Below are positions 29,201-39,739 of a DNA stretch of 64,000 nt, one piece after another. The position numbers and the translations under genes were made by a program. The stretch is from Phycisphaerae bacterium (GTDB lineage: Bacteria; Planctomycetota; Phycisphaerae; UBA1845). The notes below the pieces were generated by a model that searched no databases, was not told where the DNA came from, and saw only the letters and a program-made list of their open reading frames with translations. The stretch covers positions 384,001 through 448,000 of the forward strand of contig CAXXGO010000003.1 of the NCBI GenBank assembly GCA_963666835.2, in the 5' to 3' direction. Numbering within the stretch: the stretch's first letter is position 1; every line of letters starts with the position of its first letter.

Positions 29201-31696
29201 GGCCGTTCGATCCGTGCCGCTGCCGTCCACTACGTGATAGCTGTTGTCAGCGTAGTTCTCGAACAGGCCGGGACCATCGTTGCCACTCAAGTCACCGCTA
29301 AGGGTCGTTTCGTACGCGTCGAGGTCCCGCTCCTCCGGGTCCGGCGCCCCGCACCCGGCGTAGCCACCTTCGATGGTCACGCCATTGGCGAGCGTAAACG
29401 TGGCCGCCTGATCGCCGGATGTCTGACCGCCGCCTTGGTCGGGGGTGTACGTGCCGTTGGCCACGCGGATCAAAGCACCGCTCGTCACCACGGCCAGTGC
29501 ATCCTGAAGGGCAAGGTATGCCCCGCACCAGCTCTTGCCGTCATGCGTTGGGCCTGTGGCGTTCTCATCGACATGGACGGGAAAGGCAATCTTGAATGCG
29601 TTGTCGCTTCGCAAGCCAGTAACGAACACGTTGCCGGCCTCGTCTACCGCTATGCTCGTGGGACGATCGAGTGGGTTGCCAGCGCCGTCACCAGCTGCAT
29701 CGATGATCTCAGTGATGACCCCGCCCGGACTGATCCGAAATGCGTTGTGGGAGTAATCTCCGGTAACGTATACGTTGCCCAACCCATCCACCGCGACGTC
29801 CGCCGCCGCGTAGAGAGTATTCCCCGCGTGGTCCCCTGCCGCATCGATGATCTCGGTAGTCGTCCCGCCCGGAGTGATTTTGAACGCGTTGCTGCTACCT
29901 TCGCCCGCAACGTACACATTGCCCGACGCGTCCACCGCTATGCCCCGTGGACCTTGGAGCGGACTACCGGCTCCATCGCCGGTTGAGTCGATGATCTCAG
30001 TAATGACCCCTTCCGGAGTGATCTCGAACGCATTATGGCTCTCCCATCCGGTGACGAACACGTCGCCGAGAGGGGTAACTGCTATACCCCCCGTGCGACT
30101 GAGCGTATTGCCCGCTCCGTCGCCGGTCTCATCGATGATCTCGGTAATGGCTCCTTCCGGAGTGACCTTGAATGCATTGTGGCTCATCCAACCGGCAACG
30201 TAGACGTTGCCCACCTCGTCCGCCGCAAGGCTGGGCGACCCAGAGAGTATATTGCCCGCCCCATCACCGCTAGAATCGATGACCTGCGTGATGACTCCAC
30301 CGGGGCCGATCTTGAACGCATTAGAGGACCAGTCTCCGGTTACGAACACGTTTCCAACCCCGTCCACCGTCAAACCAACCGGACTACTAAGCGCATTGCC
30401 CGCTCCGTCACCGGTCGAGTCGATAATCTCGGTAATCACTCCCCCCGGAGTGATTTTGAACGCGTTGTCAGTGAAGCCACCCGCCAGGTACACGGCACCC
30501 TCCTCGTCGACCGCAATGCCGCGCGCCCACTTGAGTGTGCTGCCCGTCCCATCGCCCGTCGCGTCCATGAACTCAGAGACAATTCCACCCGGAGTGATCT
30601 TGAACACATTGTTACTGCCCATACCGGCCACGAAGACGTTCCCCGACGCATCCGCCCCAATGCCCTGCGGGCTCGTGAGTGCTCTTCCCGCTCCGTCGCC
30701 GGTCGAGTCGATGATCTCAGAAACAACACCACCCGGAGTGATCATGAACGCGTTGTCGGTGCCCCATCCACCCACGTATGCGTTGCCCGACGTGTCAACG
30801 GCGATGCCCCGCGGGCTGTCGAGCGCGCTCGCCCCGTCGCCCGTCGTATCGATAATCTCAGAAATGCCCCCACCCGGAGCGATCTTGAAAGCGTTGTCCG
30901 TCGCCCATCCAGTGACGAACACGTTGCCCGACTCGTCCGTCGCGATTCCCCTCGGGTCTTCGAGCGTATTGCCGCCACCATCGCCGGTCGAGTTGATGAT
31001 CTCGGTGATGTCACCGCCGGGAGCGATCTTAAACGCATTATTGCTGATCATACCAGTGACGTACACGTTGCCGAAGACGTCAGCCGACATATCCCGCGGG
31101 CTGTCCAACACACCGCCTGCCCCGTCCCCGGTCAAGTCGATGATCTCCGTGACAGTACCTTCGGGGGTGATCTTGAACGCATTGTCACTGGTTTCCCCGG
31201 CAACGTACACATTGCCTGCCGCGTCAACCGTAATGCCGAGTGGACGGTCGAGCAAACCGCCTATTCCATCACCGCTTGAGTCGACGATCTCAGTGATGAC
31301 ACCACCAGGAGTAATCTTGAAGACATTGTCGCTCTCAGAGCCAGCGACATACACGTTGCCGGAATCGTCCACCGCTATGCCGTACGGGTAACGAAGCTCG
31401 CCGCCCGCTCCATCGCCGGTCGCGTCGACAATCTCGGTGATTACACTGGAAGGAGTGATCCTGTAAGCCTTGTGTGTCTGACGTACGGCAACGTACACGT
31501 TACCCGCCGTATCCACAGTGACGCCATCAGGTTCGACTACCCCCCCCTCGATCAACTGGGTAATAACCTGCCCGCTCGCGGGCACCGCGGTCGCGCCTGG
31601 AAGCAAGAAAGCAGCCATTGCGACACCTCCCCAGAACGTCCACCGAGGTGTCAGTGTGCGAACACGTCCGCGATTGCGATAACGATCCTGGTCCAT
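26228..31696 (-). CDS. Large secreted protein: 14 NHL/SBBP-like propeller repeats, beta-helix, Cys/Asp-rich repeats and a conserved dockerin-like C-terminal domain
   Basis: RBS GGAGGGG, signal-peptide-like region, 48-aa repeats, F..N.A..GG beta-helix turns, DCN.NG.PD.CD repeats and a KNRY..YPFSDPAGCP tail. Confidence 0.85.
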   Translation of the reverse strand: MDQDRYRNRGRVRTLTPRWTFWGGVAMAAFLLPGATAVPASGQVITQLIEGGVVEPDGVTVDTAGNVYVAVRQTHKAYRITPSSVITEIVDATGDGAGGELRYPYGIAVDDSGNVYVAGSESDNVFKITPGGVITEIVDSSGDGIGGLLDRPLGITVDAAGNVYVAGETSDNAFKITPEGTVTEIIDLTGDGAGGVLDSPRDMSADVFGNVYVTGMISNNAFKIAPGGDITEIINSTGDGGGNTLEDPRGIATDESGNVFVTGWATDNAFKIAPGGGISEIIDTTGDGASALDSPRGIAVDTSGNAYVGGWGTDNAFMITPGGVVSEIIDSTGDGAGRALTSPQGIGADASGNVFVAGMGSNNVFKITPGGIVSEFMDATGDGTGSTLKWARGIAVDEEGAVYLAGGFTDNAFKITPGGVITEIIDSTGDGAGNALSSPVGLTVDGVGNVFVTGDWSSNAFKIGPGGVITQVIDSSGDGAGNILSGSPSLAADEVGNVYVAGWMSHNAFKVTPEGAITEIIDETGDGAGNTLSRTGGIAVTPLGDVFVTGWESHNAFEITPEGVITEIIDSTGDGAGSPLQGPRGIAVDASGNVYVAGEGSSNAFKITPGGTTTEIIDAAGDHAGNTLYAAADVAVDGLGNVYVTGDYSHNAFRISPGGVITEIIDAAGDGAGNPLDRPTSIAVDEAGNVFVTGLRSDNAFKIAFPVHVDENATGPTHDGKSWCGAYLALQDALAVVTSGALIRVANGTYTPDQGGGQTSGDQAATFTLANGVTIEGGYAGCGAPDPEERDLDAYETTLSGDLSGNDGPGLFENYADNSYHVVDGSGTDRTAVLDGFTIRSGNTAGCSGSCRGGGLYVQDGSCTVRNCRFLENDSIDSAGAVVVAGPTSAPSISECTFQDNRSAVDGGAVLVTSSGGPGVPEFRDCRFIANTSVNGGAASLGNDNTVMVNCEFLDNLATGMGGAIMFADAFGAQTIVNSTFSGNTADGSGGALLGHGGATGTFVNCTFSNNSASTTGSVAWLQSSSVLLMDNCVLWNSSAPQIATDGSGSRTLDYCCVQDGTLVGAGADNINVDPLLVDADGLDDIVGTEDDDLRLSAGSPGIDAADSTALPADVTDLDDDGDIVEPTPLDLSGRPRSVDDPDTADTGVPGSPVVDMGAYEYYLDCNVNHLPDVCDLDCGALDGNCNLPGCGQSADCNENDIPDECDIAACDSAVDPGCDDCNLNGVPDGCDIADETSADDFAPFGVPDECHEWDDGGADDDWSTPENWQDDEVPDNDGGTTYNVVIRGDSNVTETVNLDMPVTVNSLALLEAATLNVTSDDAMEDDDLAIVTGAGLLIRGGLDTDDPALCPSSNLYVAHDREIDVSAGQVTVAAAGVYQASGSPVSASLSAENLSILHGRCECPQAFGGLVQLTDEMSVTVSADFEMVGADAAVCLNCCGLSSRGGISPPPKFRVYENAHVTVLGRFLVTGFVDVYVGPAFKGRAAPTAGVFLGGDFANESTDPVRFDWTDGFLTMNGDTSQTFEVAGADGGGYGDNFAMGRLEVAAGSTVSFVDLFDNDEQGIAEPEALYVDELIFRADGKAAANITIDRCKVYYNTLIDEGAVINFARGGELAEIDLASPLPATGTDAEPKNRYVSFDPNSGSATVAFKVELTGSDYFPGSIGADGWVGEPLEVPDDPGVWVSEVENVAYFGDDWPAVVHVGDCLITPAAEYAITATPDEIVFSDPLLVNTVAQPGVKFWGDVVGGFTGTWDPANGVVNMSDIQAILQGFSGLETAPPLTWVDLDGEVPNTIVNMTDVQRTVSGFKGEPYPFSDPAGCP
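29587..31567 (-). repeat. Intragenic tandem repeat, 14 units of ~144 bp
   Basis: The unit ITEIIDxTGDGAGxxLxxPxGIAVDxxGNVYVxGxxSxNAFKITPGG was counted 14 times. Confidence 0.9.
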
Positions 31697-31947
31697 GGTC
31701 CCCTCCGAAGCGAATAGGCTAACTGCCCACGAGTGAATCCATCCCTTCCGGTTTCTGACGCAGCGCCGGTATGACTTGCGGACCCGGCCGCGCGGTTCAA
31801 TCCTATACGGAATAACCGCAGGAATGCAAGTGCAAACTGCAAACGCCGTCGAGTGAGGGCGGGGCAACGGCTCAGACCCGACGGGCAACCCAACCGGCCC
31901 GCTCAGGGATAGTCGTGTTTCTTGCGGAAGACGGCCGGAAACTCACG

Positions 31948-34317
31948 TCACGAAGTGCCGGTACGCAACAAACCCCGGGTCTCGGCACGAAGACCCTCCA
32001 ACTCCGCCCGGGACTCAAACCAGAGAATGCCCTCGTCGTACTTGGCCATGAACTCGGCTTCTTCGAACTCGGATGGCCACGCGTCGCCGGCGGCATCGAG
32101 ATGCGCTCGGGCTGCCTCCGCATCCCCGAGCCGGGCCTGGGCGTTGGCAATGATCAGGTGGTTGATAGCCGGGAGATCTCCGAGTTCAAGAGCCAACCGG
32201 GCATGCTTAGCCGCCTCGGCGAATTCGCCACACCGCAACTGGGCCAAAGCTCGCATTCGCTTGGCCCGGGCGTTGGTCTCGTCGGCCAGGTGGTCAGCGA
32301 CTTCGGCGTACTCCAAGGCGATCCTCCAATCGGACGGACCTTCACCCACAAGGCGGACCCGGGCGCGGAGAGTCAAGCTCGGAACATCGTCTCGTTTCAA
32401 GTCGATTGCGTCGTGGACATGCTCGGCGGCGCTGTCCTCGTGGAGGTACAGTTCGAGGGCCGCCAAGTTCCGCCAGGCGTTGGCGCGATCCACGGGTCGG
32501 TCCCTACCCACCTCCTCGGCAAGCCGCGCCCCCTCAATCAAGCACTCCAGGGCCTTCTCGAGGTCTCCGGCCATCGCAAAGTAAGCCCCGAGGTTTGACC
32601 ATGCGGCATAGTGACCGGGATCCAGGTCAGTGACTCTCTTGGTCACTTCTATGGCCTCGGCATAGCGTTCCAGCTCTTTGAGGATGATCCCGCGATAGTT
32701 CAAGGCCGTGAGGTTGTGTGGCTCGCGATCAAGAACCCGGCGACACAGTTCGTCGATCTCCTCGCGATAGTCCGTCGTCCGCAATTCGGGTTCGGTTTTG
32801 AGTTTCTCGATCTTCATCCACGCAACGGCCAACATGGCCCGAACGTGGTCAGGGTCGATTTCCAGAGCCCTCGCAAAGTCGGCCCCGGCATCGCCCCACT
32901 CCCCTCTTTCCCCGAAGGCAATCCCGCTCTCGATGAACGCCTTGATGTCAGCCTCTCGACCGTCCCGCCACAGCTTGACGCAAACGGCCCCCGCACCGGC
33001 CAACAGAACGACAGCCACTACAGCAACCACGGCAGCCTTGTGTCGCCGGGTGAACTTCATCAATCTCCGAGCGAGCCCCGGGCGCTTCGCGCGGATCGGC
33101 AGGTCGTTAATGTAGCAGCGCAGATCCTCGGCCAGAGCCCTTGCGGTGGCATAGCGCGCTTCCGGAGACTTCTCCAGAGTTTTGAGGCAAATAGTCTCCA
33201 GTTCCGGCGGGACTTGGTGATCGACCTTCCGCGGTCCGGCGGGATCGCGGGCAATGATCGCCCCGAGAATCTCCTTATCATCATCGCCCGGGAAGGCCGG
33301 CTGGAAGCACAACAGCTCGTACATCGTGGCCCCGAGCGAGTAGATGTCGGTGCGGTGATCGACGCGGACTCGCTTGGCCATCGCCTGCTCCGGGCTGATA
33401 TAGCGGAGGGTCCCGAGCAGCGAGCCGGTAAGCGTGAGCGATTCATCATCGACCACTTTCGCCAAACCGAAGTCGGCGATCATGATCCGCCCATCGGTGG
33501 ATAGAATCAGATTGGCAGGTTTGACGTCGCGATGGACGATACCCTCGCCGTGGGCGTAATGCAGGGCGTCCGCCGCGTCTGCCATCCAGCGGGCCACCTG
33601 CTGATAGTACGGCCGGCCGCGCCCGGTGGACGAGGAAGCGATGCTGCTGGGCGGCTCGTCAACGGAATCAGATTCCGGCTCGGGCGATGTCGCCGTCTCC
33701 TTGGGGTCCGCGATAGCAGTGTGCAAAGCCGTCGCCAGCCGGGTCGGACCGACATGCCCGATGTTCTGCTCGGCGAATCGACGGATCAGGACATTGAGCG
33801 CCTGCCCGGTGATCAACTCCATCGCGCAGTAGTACGCATCGCGTGATTCCCCGAAGTCGTAGATCGGAACAATGTTGGTGTGATGCAGACGGGCAGCGGC
33901 CGTTGCCTCCCGACGAAACCGAGTTACCGCCGAGGGGCTGGCCGTCCCGACGATGGCCGGCAGCACCTTCAGGGCCACCGTGCGGTTGAGCCGCGTCTGC
34001 ACGGCCCGATAGACGATCCCCATCCCGCCCTGTCCGACAATCCCCACAATGCGATAGCCGTCAATCTTCGGGAAGTGCTGAGCGACCTTGGCCGCAGGGG
34101 ATGTGTCGTCAACATCCTCCGGCCGTGGCGGAGTCGTCACGGTCTTCGACGCCACCTCCCCGTCGTTCGCAGATGCTTGCGATGATCTGTACTGTTCAAA
34201 GGCGATCCGGCAGGTTTCGCAGGTCTCGAGATGCGAACGAAGGGCGCCTTCCTCACCCTCGGCGAGTTCCCCGGAGGACAGCCGTTCGATTTCGGCCAGC
34301 GATAGGCATCTTGACAT
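31948..34317 (-). CDS. Hanks-type Ser/Thr kinase with N-terminal zinc finger, TM segment and TPR repeats
   Basis: HLETCETC; GQGGMGIVY, VALK, HRDVKPAN, DFG and YISPEQ motifs; TM AAVVAVVAVVLLAG; TPR repeats. Confidence 0.93.
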   Translation of the reverse strand: MSRCLSLAEIERLSSGELAEGEEGALRSHLETCETCRIAFEQYRSSQASANDGEVASKTVTTPPRPEDVDDTSPAAKVAQHFPKIDGYRIVGIVGQGGMGIVYRAVQTRLNRTVALKVLPAIVGTASPSAVTRFRREATAAARLHHTNIVPIYDFGESRDAYYCAMELITGQALNVLIRRFAEQNIGHVGPTRLATALHTAIADPKETATSPEPESDSVDEPPSSIASSSTGRGRPYYQQVARWMADAADALHYAHGEGIVHRDVKPANLILSTDGRIMIADFGLAKVVDDESLTLTGSLLGTLRYISPEQAMAKRVRVDHRTDIYSLGATMYELLCFQPAFPGDDDKEILGAIIARDPAGPRKVDHQVPPELETICLKTLEKSPEARYATARALAEDLRCYINDLPIRAKRPGLARRLMKFTRRHKAAVVAVVAVVLLAGAGAVCVKLWRDGREADIKAFIESGIAFGERGEWGDAGADFARALEIDPDHVRAMLAVAWMKIEKLKTEPELRTTDYREEIDELCRRVLDREPHNLTALNYRGIILKELERYAEAIEVTKRVTDLDPGHYAAWSNLGAYFAMAGDLEKALECLIEGARLAEEVGRDRPVDRANAWRNLAALELYLHEDSAAEHVHDAIDLKRDDVPSLTLRARVRLVGEGPSDWRIALEYAEVADHLADETNARAKRMRALAQLRCGEFAEAAKHARLALELGDLPAINHLIIANAQARLGDAEAARAHLDAAGDAWPSEFEEAEFMAKYDEGILWFESRAELEGLRAETRGLLRTGTS

Positions 34318-34324
34318 GTACAGT

Positions 34325-34354
34325 AGTCTGCCTCGCGCGGGGCCAGGGTGTCAA
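34325..34354 (-). promoter_or_regulatory. Putative sigma70 promoter giving a leaderless kinase mRNA
   Basis: TTGACA-18 bp-CAGACT, 7 nt before the ATG at 34317, with no Shine-Dalgarno sequence. Confidence 0.5.
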
Positions 34355-34694
34355 GCGCCAGCCGGCCGGGCGGCTCCAACGAGTAGCCACTGGCGGTCCT
34401 CGGTTGCCCTCTCGCCTTGACCGTCATTCGGAGTCAACGGCAGGGGCGGTCGGCCGACAATCGAGCCGGAAAGCACGCACCGACCGTGCTGCCTCCGGCC
34501 TTGACCATGTCGAAGCGCACCGCGAGTTTGCGGCACCTTGCCCCCTGCCCCGCCTCATACACGGCAGATTGACCGCCCCGCCGTCTTTCTCGGCCCGGCG
34601 GACCACACATACCCCCGAAGTCATAATACGCAGCTCTGCCGCATCTGACGGCGGTTCGGGCACGCGGGCCCCGCGTGGAAGACCGCCGTGTCCG

Positions 34695-37600
34695 CTATTT
34701 GCTGAACGCCGTCTGGAACTCGCCGAAGTCCTTCAGGTCGACGTCGTCGTCAGTGTCGACGTCAAACGCATTCGTGCACATATCCGGCGTGGCCGGCAGA
34801 CTCGGGTCAGGTGGGACTCCGGGGCCACCAAGACAATACGCGAGATCCGCGATGTCCACGTCACGGTCGAAATCGACGTCTCCGGCAATGGCCGGGTTGA
34901 TGACCGCCTGGTAGTGCGCGTTGTTTGTCTCGTCGAACTCGGGGATCTCGCCCAGATCGTCGGCCACGGCGTAGACCTCGACCGTCTCATCGGGAACCAG
35001 CCCCTCCGTATCCCAGATGAAAGCAACCTCGTGGGCGCCGTCGGCCACGATCGAGGTAACGCCGCTTCGGCCGATCTCCAGGGCCGTCTGCGCTCTCGAG
35101 TCGCCAGGACAGCTCGAACGATCCGGTCGGGATTACTCCCGGGTTCGTAACGCGAGCCATCAGCGCGACAGACGTATATGACACCTGGCTGTTCCAGCAG
35201 TTCTCAATCGCCAGGTCCGGCAGAACCACGTCAATCGACGTCGAATTGTTGCCGCGATCTCGATCAAGGAACCCAAGCGTCGGGTCGGCAACTACGTAGA
35301 TCTCGTGCGACATGGGGAAGCTCGGCACCTCCCACACAACCGACACATCGGCGCTCGATCCGCCAATCAACTCGTCAGGGATAGTCTCCACGGTGCCGAT
35401 CAGCGTCCCGCCACCGTCCGGATCACCATCGTAAAACGCATACTCGACGGATTGGGCAACTTGCTCCCCGCGATTCTCCACCGTGGCGCGGATCGTCGCC
35501 GACGTCCCCGGCTCCGGATTTGGCGGCTCGATCACAAGCGAGTCCGCCTCGACGGCCAAGTCATGCCCGAGCGTGTGCTTCAGAAGGCAAAGGTCCGTCC
35601 GTCCCGGTTGGGGCACGTCCTCCAGGTGATGTACCTCCCCGTCGAACTCGATGTCGACAGCGTTTCGCTCGGTCTGGGTCTTCAGATAGGCGATGGCCAA
35701 TTGCACGCCGTCGCACGCGAGCGAAAGCGCGCTCTCGGCGTGTTCATCCTGCGTGAGCTGCCGGGGAAGCGACCACGTATCGAGCGTCAGATCGTAAAAC
35801 GCCGCGACGATATCCACGCCTTCCGGACCCTGGCTCGCATACGCAATCGCCGCTCCGCCACGCATAGTGACGCCATCGAGCGACGGGGCCTCGTTGGCCA
35901 GCGTGTCCTCGGCGTAGACCGGACGCGGATCCCAGACATCGAACTCCGTGTACATCACTGTCGCCCCCGATGCCCAGACACAGATGATCTCCCCGTCCGG
36001 GGCGACCAGCACCGGCAGCGCGTCCTCCACGGTGTCGTCAGTCAACCGCACGGCCGACTGCCATATTCCGTCTGCGGTTTCGACACCGTATAGCTCGCGG
36101 TCAGCCGTCGTATCGAGATCCCCGTCCTGGTCAACAGCAAACACGAGGTGCCCCTCGCCATCGTAATCACTGATGAAGGCGTGGCCGAGAATCCCGTTCG
36201 GGCCGGACCACAACATCTGCGGAGCGGACCAGTCGCTGCCGTCCCACTCGGCGAACATCAGGCGGTCGCCCGACGTCGCATGCCCCAGGCTCGCGTCGGC
36301 CTCGTTCTGGATCCAGATAACACCGGTTCTGCTTCCCATACGCGTCGGGTGCGGAGCCCGGTCTACAACATCATTGTCCACAACCAGAACCGGTGGGGCC
36401 CATTGCTCGGTGGCACGGTCAAACCACGACGCGGCGATCTCCAGATGTGGCGCGACGTCACCCGGGTCCTCCGCCGCCGAGACATCGCCATCAACCTGTT
36501 CCCACACCGCAAGGTCGGAGTTCCCGTCCACCGCATCGAGTGCCGGACCGAAGTCAGCCACGCTATCGTCCGCGATACGCTCCATCGTCCACGGCGCCCC
36601 GCCTACCGAGCGGATGGACGCGATGTCCGTGGCCTGGTGCCACGGCTTGTCGGGGTCGTGCATGGCGAAGGTGACGTGCGTTTCAGTCGATTCCGTGAGC
36701 AGCGATGGTTCCGCCAGTTGAGTCACGTTCTCCACGAGCGTTTCCTCCAGCACGCGCCCGCTCTTCTCTATGGAATCCGACCCCGGCAGCCGCCGGGCTC
36801 TACCGTTCGCGATCCGGTTGGCATCACCCCAACGCAATGCCTCCGAGCCGATGGGCCGCCATTTGCCGTTTAGCGACGGCTCATCCACCAGCACTCCGTT
36901 GACGATCAGCCCCTTCCCGCAATCGCCGAAGCAGAGTTCGGCACCAACCTCCGTGGAGTGCTTGAACAGCCAGGACTTGGCGAAAACACCCACATAAGCC
37001 CGGAGTTTGACGCTGTTGAACTCCAGGTCGGGGCAGATCTCGAACTCCGGTGTCCCCGTTCCACCGGCATAGACGCCGGCCTCGGCGCCGAATAGCTCCA
37101 AAGCTGCTTGCGCTTCGATCCCCATCATCCCGGAGATCGTCAGCTCATCCGCGCCGAGGAAGCAACCCGGACTTCCCTCGCTGTCGAAGTACTCACCCGC
37201 AACGGCTACGCCGCCGAGCACGTATACCTTGACCTTGAGCGCACCAACAACCTCTCTGACGACCGGCACAATAAGCAGTCCGTGGACGGCCGGTGCCGCA
37301 GGTGGGAAGATCACATCGACAGCCAAGACTACCGCCGCCCCCACGCCAGCTTTCCCAGTGAAGGACGCCTCCCACCCGGCCGTGACCTCAGGATCGTCGC
37401 AGCCGGCCAGGGAGATATCCAGGTGACCCGACAGATCGACCTCCGCACCGCCGATGAAGTTGAACCCGTGGCCAGGCACGGGGCATTCGAATTCCAGTCC
37501 GCCGGCGCCGGCCAATGTGCCGCTGAACGTCGCCCCGAGCAGGTCGTAACCCAAGCCGGCGGTAGCTCCAAGCGAGGCCGTCAGTTCCAAGTCCTCGCCC

Positions 37601-39339
37601 CCAATCGGAAGATCCCAATCGTGGGAGATCTCGTACGAGTGGCTGAGCGTCGCACCGTCGAGCGTCCACCAGATGTTGTCCTGATACCATGGGATGACGA
37701 TGCCGGGAATCGGCGATACGTGTACGCCCGTGTCAAACCAGGTCGTCTCTCCCTCGCCGTTGACCACTTCGACCTGCACTTCGCTACATAACCCGACCGC
37801 CGACGGCGCCGCGAGGGTCAAGGACGCCTGCGCAAGGCCACCACCCAGCTCGCTTACCGTAGCCTCTACTCGCACCCCGTTTACGTGGTAGAACACCGAC
37901 CCCGGCGAGCCGTTCCACGCCACGGCCACCTCGAACGTAACATCCCCCGGCATCCCCTCGATCAAGTGGTTGCCGCTGGGTGAGCGGAAATCAAACGCGC
38001 CCGGAGTATCACCCGACGACTCCGTCAAGAGCTGGAACGTCTCGTGCCGCGTTTGTCCTTCGAGGAGGTTCAGCTCGCGACTCACCGCGTGATACCCCGG
38101 CTTGCTGACAGTCAGCGTGAGCGGCCCGGGATCCAGTTGATCGAACGAGAACTGGCCGTCCTCCGACGTATCTTCTTCGGGACCATCTGTCACCGTTACT
38201 GTCGCTCCACCCAACGGCCCGCGAACCAGCCCCTGTGCGTCTACCTCCACGACTACACCCGCGAGAACGGACTCGTCGTGGATACTCGCACGCCTCTCGA
38301 TGATACCCCGACTTTCCGTCCATGAGTAATCGTCAAACCAGCCATCCGGATACGGACAGCCTTGCGTACAGTAGTTGATCGCAGCGTAGTTCTCGCCTGG
38401 TAGCGTACCATTCGGTTCGCCCGGATACCAATTCGTATATATGACCTCTTCACCACTGCTCCACTCCCATCCGCCGCGGGGCTCCGAGTACCCGGCATGG
38501 TCAGGATGTTGGTGCATGCCAATCCAGAGCCACTCGTCCGTTCCGAAGGTGTTCTGCAGCCACGTCTCCTCGGCCGCCGAGCGCAGGGTGGCAAGATGCG
38601 CCCCCCACGTGTTGACAGCTTCAGACTCCGCGTCCTCCCAAGTCATTGCGGTATCGGTCAGGCGAAAACAACGATCGTTCGCCGGATTGTGAATCCAGCC
38701 AGGTTCACATGCCCCACCGCCATCAGCCCGCCCGTACTGGACATGGTCAATCTTCCAGTCCGTAGCTTCTTCCTGAACACTGCGCAGGATAATCCTTGAG
38801 ATCCCCCCGGGATGGTAGACGCCGAAGAAGCGATCCTCAGCGGTCCCACCTGCGTTGGAGCCGTCGCCAACCGGTTTCGGGCCTTTCGTTCCGAGCGACA
38901 TCCCGGTTGAGTCGAACGCTTCGAACTCTACATGATCTTCGCAGTCACCCCCCACGTCTGTCCACACCACGCCAGCGCAAGTTGGAAGACTCCCTAAGGC
39001 GACCCCGTCGAACGTAAGTGTGAACTCAGCGGCATAGGGGTTGTACGAGTGACCGGCGGTGCCGGACTGATCGATCACACCGTCATCCTCATCGACGGAA
39101 TCTGTGGTATCTCCGGGCTGTATCACGGCACCCGGGTGTGCTGGTGAGACGCCCGGCTCATTGAAGGAATCGTCCTCAAAGTTCTCAAGGTGGAAGTAGC
39201 TGAAACTCGTACCTGCGAATGGGCTGTCGCCAAACTCGGCGTAGGGCGAGGGCCCGAAGAAGGTCGCCGCCAAAACCGACGACGGCGTCACTAGCAGCAC
39301 TGAGCTGCCCATAAGGTAGAGCACTACCCGGGTTATCAT
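34695..39339 (-). CDS. Large secreted protein: C-type lectin, carboxypeptidase-regulatory-like, CARDB and dockerin-like domains, frameshift near 35050-35080
   Basis: RBS AAGGAG and a signal peptide; TWEDAE..LWIG..YTNWYPGEPN; VADD..EIPEFDETNN; GDVDFDRDVDIAD..DVDLKDFGEFQTAF. Confidence 0.82.
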
Positions 39340-39739
39340 ATCTTCGCTCCTTCTTCGAAACGTACATGGCCGCCAGGACTGGTCAGCGGCGAGGACCTTG
39401 TCATGCAGAACATCCATAGGTCTTTCCCATTGACCGACGTTTGTCGGATACGGTACTTCAAGCTGCCAACGCGTCCGGAACAACGACCGGTCGCCGCCGA
39501 CGTCAAGGCACATCGCCTCCCGCCCGCCCTCACACGGGTCAGGCTGCCCGTTTTTGGTCTTTCTCGACCTGCCGGGCCAACCACACGCCGGAGCCCAGAA
39601 TACGACGCTCTGACGGTCGTGATGACGGGGTCCGGTGTTACTCCGTGAAGAGGTTCGTCGACTCCACCGAATGGCGTGCTTCACGCCCATTCCTCAGACC
39701 CACCTGACCCACATCCGCAATCCCTCTCCGCTGTTCCAA

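Noticed and set aside
30035..31391. Long plus-strand ORFs of 414 and 394 aa
   Set aside because: Antisense shadows of the propeller repeats in high-GC DNA. The same applies to most short overlapping ORFs in the track.
31740..31830. A sixth copy of the leader repeat upstream of the 31696 gene
   Set aside because: Only short matches (ttccgtat, ggccgggtc) and no AGTAGT motif; too weak to call without an alignment.
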